From Bradyrhizobium sp. (GTDB taxonomy: Bacteria > Pseudomonadota > Alphaproteobacteria > Rhizobiales > Xanthobacteraceae): a stretch of DNA of 64,000 nucleotides. Below, in pieces: positions 28,198 through 38,165 of the stretch. How positions within the stretch are numbered: position 1 is the first letter of the stretch; each line of letters starts with the position of its first letter. Made by a program: the position numbers and the translations under genes. The stretch spans positions 10,909 through 74,908 of the forward strand of contig NZ_DASSRP010000254.1 of assembly GCF_035701725.1 (NCBI RefSeq). The letters are read 5' to 3'. Under the pieces are notes generated by a model. The model was given only the letters and a program-made list of their open reading frames with translations, had not been told where the DNA came from and did no database searches.

Positions 28198-29592
28198 ATG
28201 AGCCAGACATCCACCGAACGGCTGAGGGACTATCTCGCCAAGCTGTCGCCGCAGTCGCAGGCGCTGCTGATGCGGGAGTTCGAGCGTGCGGTCGAGCGGG
28301 GCGAGGAAATTGCCGTCGCCAATTTCGTGCTGGAGCAGTTGCGCAGGATTGTACGCGGCGCCGACGATGAGGCGAGGCCGCGCACCGACAATCCGACGCG
28401 GGTGTTGTTCCATCCGCTGGAACCATTCCTGGTCGAGGGCAATGGGTCGGTGCGCCAGGGCCAGCTTCGGCGTACCTCGCTGGTACCGGTGTGGCAGTGG
28501 CTCGCGCGCGAAGGGTCGCCGGACCTTGCACGCGAACTCGAAGCGGCTCTTGCCGCGGGTCCGGAGAACGGCACCTCGCCGCAGATCGAAGCCGCCGCGC
28601 GAAAGCTTCAGCTCGCTGCCGCCGAAGCGCTGCTCGCCGTCACAGCGCCGGGCAACGACGACCGCCGTGCGCTGTCGCGCATTGGGCCGCCGGCCGTGAT
28701 TGAGGACCTGCCCTCGATTGCCAGCCTTTTGCGGGCGCGGGAGGCGGTCGATACGCTCAACAGTCGGCTTCCCAGCTATATGCGGGCTTTCAACGACTCG
28801 CAGATCGAGGCGGCGGTCGCAGCGCTCAATGTGCCCTCGTTGCAGACGCCGCAATTGCTGCCGTTCGCCCTGTCGCTGATTGCGCAGCGGCTTGCGGCGC
28901 CATGGCAGATCATTCGTCTGGCAATCCGCATGGCGGCCTCCGATGATGAAATGCGGGTGGCTTCGACGCCCTACGGCATGGCGGTCTCCATTGCCTTGTA
29001 TGACCTGTCGCGCCTCGCGGCAACATTGCGCGTCGACATCAAGCGCGGTCGTTTCGCCGAAGTCTCCGAACACCTGAAAACCCTGCACGACGGCGTTCGC
29101 GGGTTGCGGACCGAACTCGATCTGCGCCAGGATTCAGCCTGGGGCAGGCAGCTGGCTTCGATCCGCGCCGACATATCCAGCGCTCTGCAGTCGGAAATCG
29201 ACAGCGTACCCGGCCGCGTCAGGCGGCTGCTGCGCCAACGCGCCGAAAAGGACATCGCTGCCGCGCCGGCGATCAACTCCGGCGATGTCGAAGAGACCGC
29301 CGCCCTGATCGAGTTCGTCGCGGTGTGCCGCACCTATGCCGGCGAACTCGCGATCAACGAAGTGACGATGCGGACATATTCGGACCTGCAGCACTATGTC
29401 GAGCAGTCGACCGAGGCGCTGGTGCAGTCGCTCCGTGGCAGCGAGGGCAAGGCGCGCACCTACCGTCAGGCTCAGGTGACCGCCGCCATTCGGTTCTGCG
29501 ATGTGCTGTTTGGCGCCGACTACGCCTCGCTGATGAGCAGGGCGGCCGAAAACGCCATGACCGGCGAGCGCAAATCCTCGCGCACAGCTTGA
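28198..29592 (+). CDS. Conserved hypothetical helical protein
   Basis: 464-aa ORF with host-like codon use filling the feuQ-cycH gap; no motif recognised. Confidence 0.75.
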   Translation: MSQTSTERLRDYLAKLSPQSQALLMREFERAVERGEEIAVANFVLEQLRRIVRGADDEARPRTDNPTRVLFHPLEPFLVEGNGSVRQGQLRRTSLVPVWQWLAREGSPDLARELEAALAAGPENGTSPQIEAAARKLQLAAAEALLAVTAPGNDDRRALSRIGPPAVIEDLPSIASLLRAREAVDTLNSRLPSYMRAFNDSQIEAAVAALNVPSLQTPQLLPFALSLIAQRLAAPWQIIRLAIRMAASDDEMRVASTPYGMAVSIALYDLSRLAATLRVDIKRGRFAEVSEHLKTLHDGVRGLRTELDLRQDSAWGRQLASIRADISSALQSEIDSVPGRVRRLLRQRAEKDIAAAPAINSGDVEETAALIEFVAVCRTYAGELAINEVTMRTYSDLQHYVEQSTEALVQSLRGSEGKARTYRQAQVTAAIRFCDVLFGADYASLMSRAAENAMTGERKSSRTA

Positions 29593-29691
29593 TCCGGCGG
29601 GGTTCGGACCGGTCATTTTGCCGGTCTCGAGGCCAAGTTTAGGTCGATTATTTCAACAGAAATTTCAGCATCTTACCTTCATCCCGTCAAA

Positions 29692-29705
29692 TTGATATTT
29701 GTCAA
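29692..29705. promoter_or_regulatory. FNR/FixK2-type box upstream of cycH
   Basis: TTGAT-ATTT-GTCAA (9/10 to TTGAT-N4-ATCAA; exact TTGA-N6-TCAA). Confidence 0.55.
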
Positions 29706-29788
29706 TTGCCCGCACCCATCGGCTGTGGTGTAAAGCGGCCGAACGGGTGCCCACACTGGTTTTGCGCCGCTTCACCGGAACTTGCTTG

Positions 29789-30892
29789 ATGACATTGTGG
29801 TTCGTGTTCGCGCTGATGACGGCCGCGGCGGTTTTTGCCGTGCTCTGGCCGCTTGGCCGGGCTGGCCAGCCGCAACGGGACGGCAGCGAAACAACCGTCT
29901 ACCGCGACCAGCTCAGCGAACTCGACCGCGATGCGGCTGCGGGCCTCATCAATCCGCCCGAAGCGGCTGCCGCGCGCGTCGAGATCGGCCGCAGGCTGCT
30001 CGCCGCCGCCGATAGCGAGCGCGAGGTCACCGCGGGTTCGAATGTCCGACTGCGCCGTTTCGCGGCCGTTGTTGCCCTTGCCGGATTGCCGCTTGTTGCA
30101 GTCGGGCTCTACTACCCGCTGGGTTCGCCTGATTTGCCCGATTTTCCGTTGGCGCAGCGAAGCCGTTCGCCTGAAGGCACGCAATCGCTTGAGAACATGA
30201 TCGCACAGGTCGAGCAGCACCTTGCCGCAAATCCGACCGATGGCCGCGGCTGGGGCATCCTTGCGCCGGTGCTCGCAAGAGTGGGACGTATCGATGATGC
30301 GATCCGCGCGTTCCGGAACTCGATCACCTACAACGGCGAAAACGCCGCGCGCCGCGCCGATCTCGGCGAGGCGTTGGTGGGTGCGGCCGGCGGGGTTGTC
30401 ACCGCCGAAGCCAAGACCGAATTCGAGCGGGCGCTGGCGCTGGACGCCAGCGAAGTGAAAGCGAGTTATTTCCTGGGGCTGGCCGCCGAACAGGACGGCC
30501 GCGCCGCAGAGGCGGCCTCGATCTGGCGCGGCATGCTGGAAAAGGCGCCGCCGAACGCACCCTGGCGTTCCCTGGTGCAGGCTGCATTGGTTCGGGTCGG
30601 CGGCGCGCCGGCTCCGGCGTTGTCGAACGAGGCGATGGCTGCCGCGAAAGACATGAGCGAGACCGATCGCAGCGCCATGATCCGCAGCATGGTCGAGCGG
30701 CTGGCCACGCGCCTGCGCCAGAATGGCGACGACGTCGAGGGATGGTTGCGCCTGGTCAAGGCCTATATGGTTCTGGGCGATGCCGACAAGGCCAAGGCAG
30801 CCTCATCGGACGCCCGGCAGGCGGTCGCAAAAGATCCCGAGCGGCTGCGCGAACTGAATGATGGTCTGAAGAATCTGGGCCTCGATGGATGA
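29789..30892 (+). CDS. ccmI: Cytochrome c biogenesis protein CcmI/CycH (TPR)
   Basis: N-terminal TM, VYRDQLSELDRD, GSPDLPDFPL, TPR repeats; ATG 29789. Confidence 0.92.
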   Translation: MTLWFVFALMTAAAVFAVLWPLGRAGQPQRDGSETTVYRDQLSELDRDAAAGLINPPEAAAARVEIGRRLLAAADSEREVTAGSNVRLRRFAAVVALAGLPLVAVGLYYPLGSPDLPDFPLAQRSRSPEGTQSLENMIAQVEQHLAANPTDGRGWGILAPVLARVGRIDDAIRAFRNSITYNGENAARRADLGEALVGAAGGVVTAEAKTEFERALALDASEVKASYFLGLAAEQDGRAAEAASIWRGMLEKAPPNAPWRSLVQAALVRVGGAPAPALSNEAMAAAKDMSETDRSAMIRSMVERLATRLRQNGDDVEGWLRLVKAYMVLGDADKAKAASSDARQAVAKDPERLRELNDGLKNLGLDG

Positions 30893-30949
30893 GGGGCGCT
30901 GGATGACGGCGATGGGCGAAATGGCGCGGTGGCGCAAAAGAGGCAGTCA

Positions 30950-31468
30950 ATGACACGCAAGCAACGGCGTCTGACCATTATCGGCGGCTCGCTTGCCGTG
31001 CTCGCGGTCGCCGCCGCGCTGGTGCTCAACGCGATGCGCGATTCGATCGTATTCTTTTCGACGCCGCAGATGGTGGCTGAAAAGCATATTCAGCCGGGCA
31101 AGCGCTTCAGGCTCGGCGGCCTCGTGCAGCCCGGATCGCTCGTGCGCGGCGACAATCTGAAGGTCAGTTTCGAAGTGGCCGATGGCAGTTCCAAATTGCC
31201 GGTATCGTATCAGGGAATTCTGCCCGACCTTTTCCGCGAGGGGCAGGGTGTGGTCGCCGAAGGTGCGCTCGATGCCTCGGGCGTCTTCAAGGCTGATACC
31301 GTTCTCGCCAAGCACGACGAGAACTACATGCCCAAGGATGTCGCCGACGCCCTGAAGAAACAGGGACATTGGAAAGACGAATACGAAGCAAAAGCGAAAA
31401 CCGGCAAGCGGGCGGATGACAGTGCTGCGGCCAATACCACACAACGCGAGCAGGGAGCGGTGCGGTGA
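30950..31468 (+). CDS. ccmE: Heme chaperone CcmE/CycJ
   Basis: [30 protein letters not shown] (HxxxY). Confidence 0.96.
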   Translation: MTRKQRRLTIIGGSLAVLAVAAALVLNAMRDSIVFFSTPQMVAEKHIQPGKRFRLGGLVQPGSLVRGDNLKVSFEVADGSSKLPVSYQGILPDLFREGQGVVAEGALDASGVFKADTVLAKHDENYMPKDVADALKKQGHWKDEYEAKAKTGKRADDSAAANTTQREQGAVR

Positions 31469-33447
31469 TTGCCGAAAGCGGACATTACGCGCTGGTGCTT
31501 GCTTTTGGCCTTGCGCTGATTCAGTCGACGGTGCCGATCCTGGGCGCCCGCTGGCGTGAATATTCGCTGATGAACGTCGCGCGCTCGACGGCGGTGGCGC
31601 AGTTGATGTTCGTCGCGGCGTCCTTTGCGGCGCTGGTCACGCTCCACGTCGCCTCGGATTTTTCCGTCCTCAACGTGTTTGAAAATTCGCATTCGATGAA
31701 GCCGCTGATCTACAAGATTACCGGCGTGTGGGGAAACCACGAAGGCTCGATGCTGCTCTGGGTGTCGATCCTGGCGTTGTTCGGCGGCCTGGTTTCGATC
31801 TTCGGCAACAACCTGCCGATAACGCTGCGGGCGCACGTGCTGGCGGTGCAGGCCTGGATCGCCAGCGCCTTCTATCTCTTCATTCTGACGACCTCCAATC
31901 CTTTCCTGCGGATCGCTGATCCGCCGATCGAAGGCCAGGATCTCAATCCGATCCTGCAGGACATCGGTCTCGCCGTACATCCGCCGATGCTTTATCTCGG
32001 CTATGTCGGCTTCTCGATTTCGTTTTCCTTTGCGATTGCGGCGCTGATCGAGGGCCGGATCGACGCCGCCTGGGCGCGCTGGGTGCGGCCGTGGACGCTG
32101 ATTGCCTGGATATTCCTCACCACCGGCATCGCAATGGGGTCTTACTGGGCCTACTACGAACTGGGCTGGGGCGGTTGGTGGTTCTGGGACCCGGTCGAGA
32201 ATGCCTCGCTGATGCCGTGGCTCGCCGGCACCGCACTGTTGCATTCTCTGGTCGTGATGGAGAAGCGGAACGCGCTCAAGGTCTGGACCATCCTGCTGTC
32301 GATCCTGACCTTCTCGCTGTCCCTGCTCGGTACCTTCCTGGTGCGCTCGGGGGTGCTGACTTCGGTGCATGCCTTCGCCAACGATCCCCGGCGCGGCGTC
32401 TTTATTCTGTTGATCCTGTGCGTCTTCATCGGCGGCAGTTTGTCGCTTTACGCCTTGCGCGCTTCCTCGCTCAAGCAGGGCGGCCTGTTTGCGCCGATCT
32501 CGCGGGAAGGAGCACTCGTGCTCAATAACCTGCTGCTCACGACATCCTGCGCGACGGTTTTTGTCGGAACGCTTTATCCGTTGGCGCTGGAGGTCATGAC
32601 GGGTGAGAAGATTTCGGTCGGCGCGCCGTTCTTTAATCTTACCTTTGGGCCGCTATTTGTTCCGTTGCTGGTCGCGCTTCCCTTTGGACCGTTGCTGGCC
32701 TGGAAGCGCGGCGATCTGCTCGGCGCCGCCCAGCGCCTGATGGCCGCCGGCATCGCCGCATTCTTCGTGCTCGCACTGGTTTGGGCCTGGACTCAAGGCG
32801 GCAGCACATTCGCGCCGCTGGCGATCGGCCTGGGGGCTTTTGTCATCGTCGGCGCCGTGATCGATATCGTCGAACGCATCGGACTGTTCCGGCTGCCGCC
32901 TGGCGTCGCGTTTCAGCGCGCCCGCGGACTGCCGCGCTCGGCCTGGGGCACGATGTTCGCCCATGCCGGCATCGGCGTCGCGCTGATCGGCATCGTGTGC
33001 GAGACGACGTGGAACAGCGAGAATATCAGAACAATGAGAGCCGGCGATGTCACCAACATCGCAGGCTACGAGCTGAGGCTCGACAGCTTGACGCCGCTTC
33101 AGGGCCCGAACTACCGCGAGACGGCCGCTAAATTCAACGTGCTGCTCGGCGGGCAGCCGATCGCCACCATGACGCCCTCGAAGCGCAACTTCACCACGCG
33201 CGGTGCTACGACGACGGAAGCGGCGCTGCTCTCGCGCGGCGCGAGCCAGCTCTACATTTCCCTTGGCGATGTCAGCCCCGACGGCGCCGTTGCCGTGCGG
33301 ATCTACCACAAGCCCCTCGTGCTCCTGATCTGGTTCGGACCGGTGCTGATGGCCTTTGGCGGCGTGCTGTCGCTGTCGGATCGTCGCCTGCGGGTGGGAG
33401 CGCCGAAGCCGGCAAAGTCCATGCGCGGGTTGCAGGCGGCGGAGTGA
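31465..33447 (+). CDS. ccmF: Heme lyase CcmF/CycK
   Basis: [35 protein letters not shown] (WWD domain). Confidence 0.97.
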   Translation: MIAESGHYALVLAFGLALIQSTVPILGARWREYSLMNVARSTAVAQLMFVAASFAALVTLHVASDFSVLNVFENSHSMKPLIYKITGVWGNHEGSMLLWVSILALFGGLVSIFGNNLPITLRAHVLAVQAWIASAFYLFILTTSNPFLRIADPPIEGQDLNPILQDIGLAVHPPMLYLGYVGFSISFSFAIAALIEGRIDAAWARWVRPWTLIAWIFLTTGIAMGSYWAYYELGWGGWWFWDPVENASLMPWLAGTALLHSLVVMEKRNALKVWTILLSILTFSLSLLGTFLVRSGVLTSVHAFANDPRRGVFILLILCVFIGGSLSLYALRASSLKQGGLFAPISREGALVLNNLLLTTSCATVFVGTLYPLALEVMTGEKISVGAPFFNLTFGPLFVPLLVALPFGPLLAWKRGDLLGAAQRLMAAGIAAFFVLALVWAWTQGGSTFAPLAIGLGAFVIVGAVIDIVERIGLFRLPPGVAFQRARGLPRSAWGTMFAHAGIGVALIGIVCETTWNSENIRTMRAGDVTNIAGYELRLDSLTPLQGPNYRETAAKFNVLLGGQPIATMTPSKRNFTTRGATTTEAALLSRGASQLYISLGDVSPDGAVAVRIYHKPLVLLIWFGPVLMAFGGVLSLSDRRLRVGAPKPAKSMRGLQAAE

Positions 33448-33451
33448 CCCT

Positions 33452-33934
33452 TTGAAGCGCGCTTTGTTCGCATTGATGATGCTGATGACGATGGCGACGG
33501 CAGCTCAAGCCGTGCTGCCGGACGAGATCATGTCAGATGCGGCAAAGGAGGCGCGGGCGCGGGACTTGTCGCGCGAATTGCGCTGCATGGTCTGTCAGAA
33601 CCAGTCGATCGACGATTCGGAGGCGCCGCTGGCCCGCGACCTGCGGCTCCTCGTTCGCGAACGGATCGCTGCCGGCGATAGCGACGCGCAGGTGATGGAC
33701 TTCCTGGTGGCGCGTTATGGTGAGTTCGTCCTTTTGAAGCCACGACTCAACTCGCACACTTGGCTGCTCTGGTTTCTGACGCCGCTTGCGCTCGCGGCAG
33801 GTGCTACGGCGTTATGGGCCAACAGCCGCCGGAGAGCGAAAAGCGTACCCGAGGCGCCTGCGGCGCTCTCGGCCGAAGAAGAAGAAAAGCTTGCAGCCCT
33901 CATGTCTGCTGACGCGCCGCCGGAAAAATCCTGA
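33452..33934 (+). CDS. ccmH: Cytochrome c biogenesis protein CcmH/CycL
   Basis: [24 protein letters not shown]; probable TTG start at 33452 after GGAG. Confidence 0.93.
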   Translation: MKRALFALMMLMTMATAAQAVLPDEIMSDAAKEARARDLSRELRCMVCQNQSIDDSEAPLARDLRLLVRERIAAGDSDAQVMDFLVARYGEFVLLKPRLNSHTWLLWFLTPLALAAGATALWANSRRRAKSVPEAPAALSAEEEEKLAALMSADAPPEKS

Positions 33935-34103
33935 CGTCTCCTGCTGCCACCAGTTGAGAGTTATTCGCAGCCGAAGCACTGCCTACGTATTTGTACGGAG
34001 GCAATGGCAGGCCGTATGCGGACATTGCGCGTCGCTAGCTTCATGCAATTTTGACCTTTGTCTGAAAATTTGCCGGCATGTTTCACGTCAACCAAGTGCG
34101 CTC

Positions 34104-35447
34104 ATGTTCTCCGACAGCAAATTGACGATTCGTTTTCTGGTTGGCGCTGTCGTTGCCTCCCTTCTGTTCCTGCTTGCGATCGGCGGTGGCACCGGCTTTG
34201 TCGCCGTGCTCTATCTCAACAATGAGATCACCTCGCTGGCCCCAGAGTTCGCTGCGCTGAGCGGGCCGGGCCGCGACCACGCGCAGCACATCTACCAGGA
34301 CGCGCAGGCGGCATTCTCCTATTTTCTCACCGCTTGTCTTGTGATCGCGATTTTCGCCGCGGTCGTTTGTCTGACGGCCTATTTCGCAGTTCGTAACGGT
34401 ATTATGCGGCCGCTTGCGGCGATCGTGCATGCGATGCGCGAGGTCGCCGATCAGAAATTCGACACGCCGATTCCGGGATTGGGCGGCTCCAACGAGATCG
34501 GGCTGCTCGCCGGTGCGCTTCAAGTCTTCAAGACCAACGGGATCGAGCGCTTGCGTTTGACCGAGCAGAAGCTCGAGGAAGCGCGCCGCCAGAGCGACCG
34601 GTCCCGGTATCTTGACGGTCGCATCCACGAGTTCAACGACCTCGTCGCGAGCGTCGTCGCCAGCGTCGCGTCATCAGCGGTGCATCTCAAAAGCAACGCC
34701 GAGACGCTGTCGCAGGTGGCGAACGAAACCACCGGCAAAGCCAATTCTGTAGCAATGGCCGCGGAGCAAGCCAGCACGAGCGTGCAGGTGGTGGCCCGAT
34801 CGACCGAGGAGATGACCACCTCCATCGGTACGATCAGCCGCCGCGTCTCTGATGCAAGCCAGCGCGCCGAGGGCGCGGCCGCCGAGGCTGAGAAGAGCCG
34901 CGATACCATCCACACGCTGTCGGAAGCGGCGGAGAAGATCGGCACTGTCGTGCAACTCGTGCAGGCGATTGCCTCGCAGACCAATCTGCTTGCGCTGAAC
35001 GCCACCATCGAGGCGGCGCGGGCAGGGGAAGCCGGCAAGGGGTTTGCGGTTGTGGCTTCCGAGGTGAAGAATCTCGCGCACCAGACCAGCAAGGCTACCG
35101 AAGAGATCTCTGCCCAGGTTGGCAACATCCAGGGCATCACCGCGGAGACGTGCAGCGCCATCGACGCCATCTCCGCCACGCTCGCCGAGATCAATGAGAT
35201 CATGTCCGGTATCGAGGTCGATACCGATCGGCAGCGGAACTCGACGCAGGATATTTCCCGAAGCGTCCTGGACGCCGCCCGGGGCACGTTGGAGGTCTCC
35301 AACCATATCGGCCAGATCACGGCGAGCTCGGCGCAAACCGGGAAAATGGCGGGCGAGGCGCTCGCGGCCGCCGCTGACCTGTCGCAGCAGGCGACAACCT
35401 TGAAGCGGGAAGTCGACGACTTCATCCGCAACGTGAAAGCAAGCTGA
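34104..35447 (+). CDS. Methyl-accepting chemotaxis protein
   Basis: 2 [43 protein letters not shown]; start MFSDSK at 34104. Confidence 0.93.
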   Translation: MFSDSKLTIRFLVGAVVASLLFLLAIGGGTGFVAVLYLNNEITSLAPEFAALSGPGRDHAQHIYQDAQAAFSYFLTACLVIAIFAAVVCLTAYFAVRNGIMRPLAAIVHAMREVADQKFDTPIPGLGGSNEIGLLAGALQVFKTNGIERLRLTEQKLEEARRQSDRSRYLDGRIHEFNDLVASVVASVASSAVHLKSNAETLSQVANETTGKANSVAMAAEQASTSVQVVARSTEEMTTSIGTISRRVSDASQRAEGAAAEAEKSRDTIHTLSEAAEKIGTVVQLVQAIASQTNLLALNATIEAARAGEAGKGFAVVASEVKNLAHQTSKATEEISAQVGNIQGITAETCSAIDAISATLAEINEIMSGIEVDTDRQRNSTQDISRSVLDAARGTLEVSNHIGQITASSAQTGKMAGEALAAAADLSQQATTLKREVDDFIRNVKAS

Positions 35448-35608
35448 GAACATACCGGTCAGCCTGCGATAATCCGCCGCATTCGATCGGCTGTTCATTA
35501 CCAAAGTTTAATTCCCTCGCCAGCGCGTCGTAAGGCGTAAATCCCCATGTTTGGGGCCTGCAGGTATACGCCCCGCACCATTCCGATTCAGGCTCTGGAG
35601 AAGTTTTT

Positions 35609-37198
35609 ATGACCGATCGTCCCACCGATCTTTCCACGCTTCCGTCTTACCGGGCACCGCGCCGTTCCCTGTTGTCTGCGCGCAAATTGGCGCTGATGGC
35701 CTCGGTGGTCGCCGGTCTTGGCGTGGCGGTCTACGGCTTCGGCCCCTCGGGCGGCCCCGTCGACCTCTTCAGCACCAGTGCGCACGCGCAGGTCAACAAC
35801 GAGGTCCGCAAGGTCGCCCAGCCGATCGGCTTTGCCGATATCGTCGAGCGGGTGAAACCGTCTGTGATCTCGGTCAAGGTCAATATCAACGAGAAGGTTG
35901 CGAAAAACGATAATGGCGACAACGACGATTCGTCGCCGTTCCAGCCGGGCTCTCCGATGGAGCGCTTCTTCCGTCGGTTCGGCGGGGGCGATCTGCCGCC
36001 GGGGCTGCGCGCCATCCCGCGCGGCCGCGGCATGGTGACCGGACAAGGCTCGGGCTTCTTCATCTCGGCTGACGGTTTCGCCGTCACCAACAACCACGTG
36101 GTCGACGGCGCCGACAAGGTCGAGGTCACGACCGACGACGGCAAGACCTTCACCGCGAAGGTCATCGGAACCGATGCGCGCACCGACCTCGCCCTAATCA
36201 AGGTCGAGGGCGGTTCGAATTTCCCGTTCGCCAAATTGTCCGATGGCAAGCCCCGCATCGGCGATTGGGTGCTCGCGGTCGGCAATCCCTTTGGGCTCGG
36301 CGGCACCGTGACCGCAGGTATCGTGTCGGCCAGCGGCCGCGACATCGGCAACGGTCCTTATGACGATTTCATCCAGATCGACGCGCCCGTGAACAAGGGC
36401 AACTCGGGCGGCCCGGCCTTCAACACTGAAGGCGAAGTCATGGGCGTCAACACCGCGATCTATTCGCCATCGGGCGGCAGCGTCGGCATTGCGTTCTCGA
36501 TCCCGTCCTCCACGGTGAAGAGCGTGGTCGCCCAACTCAAGGACAAGGGCTCGGTGAGCCGCGGCTGGATCGGCGTGCAGATTCAGCCGGTCACGCCCGA
36601 CATCGCCGACAGTCTCGGTATGAAGAAAGCGGAAGGTGCGCTGGTTGCGGAACCGCAGGCCAACGGTCCAGCGGCCAAGGCCGGCATTGAATCCGGCGAC
36701 GTGATCACGGCAGTCAACGGCGAATCCGTCAAGGACGCCCGTGAACTCGCCCGCACCATCGGTGGTCTTTCGCCGGGAACCGCGGTCAAGCTCAATGTGC
36801 TGCACAAGGGCCAGGACAAGGTGGTCAACCTCAGCCTCGGCCAGTTGCCGAATACGATCGAGGCCAAGGCGGATACCGACAACAGCGACAAGGGCGGTGC
36901 GAACCGTGGAACCGATGTGCCCCGGCTCGGCTTGACTCTTGCGCCGGCCAACAGCGTTGCCGGAGCCGGCAAGGAAGGCGTCGTGGTTACCGACGTCGAT
37001 CCGAAGAGCGCGGCGGCCGAGCGCGGGTTCAAGGAAGGCGACGTTATTCTGGAGGTCGCCGGAAAGAGTGTGACGAATGTCGCAGATGTGCGCGAGGCGA
37101 TTGCAGCCGCGCGCAGCGATAACAAGAATAGCGTCCTGATGCGGGTCAAGAGCGGCGGCTCTTCGCGCTTTGTCGCGATCCCGCTGGCGAAAGGCTAG
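35609..37198 (+). CDS. degP: Do/DegP (HtrA) serine protease with two PDZ domains
   Basis: GSGFFIS, TNNHVV, DLALIK, GNSGGP catalytic triad motifs; two PDZ domains. Confidence 0.96.
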   Translation: MTDRPTDLSTLPSYRAPRRSLLSARKLALMASVVAGLGVAVYGFGPSGGPVDLFSTSAHAQVNNEVRKVAQPIGFADIVERVKPSVISVKVNINEKVAKNDNGDNDDSSPFQPGSPMERFFRRFGGGDLPPGLRAIPRGRGMVTGQGSGFFISADGFAVTNNHVVDGADKVEVTTDDGKTFTAKVIGTDARTDLALIKVEGGSNFPFAKLSDGKPRIGDWVLAVGNPFGLGGTVTAGIVSASGRDIGNGPYDDFIQIDAPVNKGNSGGPAFNTEGEVMGVNTAIYSPSGGSVGIAFSIPSSTVKSVVAQLKDKGSVSRGWIGVQIQPVTPDIADSLGMKKAEGALVAEPQANGPAAKAGIESGDVITAVNGESVKDARELARTIGGLSPGTAVKLNVLHKGQDKVVNLSLGQLPNTIEAKADTDNSDKGGANRGTDVPRLGLTLAPANSVAGAGKEGVVVTDVDPKSAAAERGFKEGDVILEVAGKSVTNVADVREAIAAARSDNKNSVLMRVKSGGSSRFVAIPLAKG

Positions 37199-37218
37199 AC
37201 GCCCGGTGCGCGACGAAA

Positions 37219-37377
37219 TGGAGGGTGCCGTCGGCATAATCGCCCCCGCCGACGCTGCTTTCCTCGGGGGTGGGTCGTGAGCCCGCTCCCTTGACTACCT
37301 TCCGGTGGAAAACGCCCCCCTCCGTCGGGAGGTCAAAGGGCGGTGAGGTCCCCCCAGCTTCACCGCCCGCTTTTTTT
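37219..37377 (+). ncRNA. Candidate structured sRNA / 3'UTR-derived RNA after degP
   Basis: Several consecutive hairpins, most with C-rich loops (incl. CCCCCUCC), ending in the terminator; not matched to a known family. Confidence 0.35.
37338..37377 (+). terminator. Strong Rho-independent terminator downstream of degP
   Basis: GGGCGGTGA (37338-46)/TCACCGCCC (37360-68) stem then GC + T7. Confidence 0.8.
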
Positions 37378-37457
37378 GATTTTAATTGGCTCAAAAGGGC
37401 GGGTCCGATCGCCTTGCATGAGGGCCCGGGTCACGCCATGGTGATGGAAGTTTCCAC

Positions 37458-38165
37458 GTGACCGCGACCGCGACCGATACACAGATGCGCCTTTTGATCA
37501 TCGAAGACGACCGTGAATCCGCCGACTATCTGGTCAAGGCGTTTCGAGAAGTCGGGTATGTCGCTGATCTCGCAGGCGACGGCGAAGAAGGGCTGGCGCT
37601 GGCGGAAGGCGGCGATTACGACGTATTGGTGGTCGACCGCATGCTGCCCAAGCGCGATGGCCTGTCGCTGATCGGCGCGCTGCGCGAGAAGGGCAACCGC
37701 ACCCCCGTTCTGATCCTGTCGGCGCTCGGGCAGGTCGACGACCGCATCAAAGGCCTGCGCGCCGGCGGTGACGATTATCTGCCAAAACCCTATTCATTTG
37801 CGGAACTGCTCGCCAGGATCGAGGTGCTGTCGCGGCGCCGCGGCGGACCTGCCGAAGAGACGACCTACCGCGTCGGCGATCTCGAACTCGACCGCCTGTC
37901 GCACCGGGTGATGCGCGGCAAGGAAGAACTGACGCTGCAACCGCGCGAGTTCCGCCTGCTGGAATATCTGATGAAGCATGCCGGACAGGTGGTGACGCGG
38001 ACCATGCTGCTGGAGAATGTCTGGGACTATCACTTCGATCCGCAGACCAACGTCATCGACGTGCACATTTCGCGGCTGCGCTCCAAGATCGACAAGGGTT
38101 TTGAGCGGCCGCTGCTTCATACCATTCGCGGCGCGGGATACATGATCCGTGACGGCATTCGGTAA
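37458..38165 (+). CDS. OmpR-family response regulator (RagA/CpxR-like)
   Basis: LLIIEDD, LVVDRMLP, GGDDYLPKP, DPQTNVIDVHISRLR; alternative ATG at 37485. Confidence 0.93.
   Translation: MTATATDTQMRLLIIEDDRESADYLVKAFREVGYVADLAGDGEEGLALAEGGDYDVLVVDRMLPKRDGLSLIGALREKGNRTPVLILSALGQVDDRIKGLRAGGDDYLPKPYSFAELLARIEVLSRRRGGPAEETTYRVGDLELDRLSHRVMRGKEELTLQPREFRLLEYLMKHAGQVVTRTMLLENVWDYHFDPQTNVIDVHISRLRSKIDKGFERPLLHTIRGAGYMIRDGIR

Noticed and set aside
34004-34054. 16-codon ORF with GGAGG RBS upstream of the MCP
   Set aside because: Too short, no attenuator structure or telling codon content; may be chance.
33786-34103. Long N-terminal extensions offered by the ORF track (MCP, also mucR, ku, fdsA, cycH, DUF5330)
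   Set aside because: Extensions overlap neighbours or promoters and are non-protein-like; downstream starts have RBS and family-typical N-termini.
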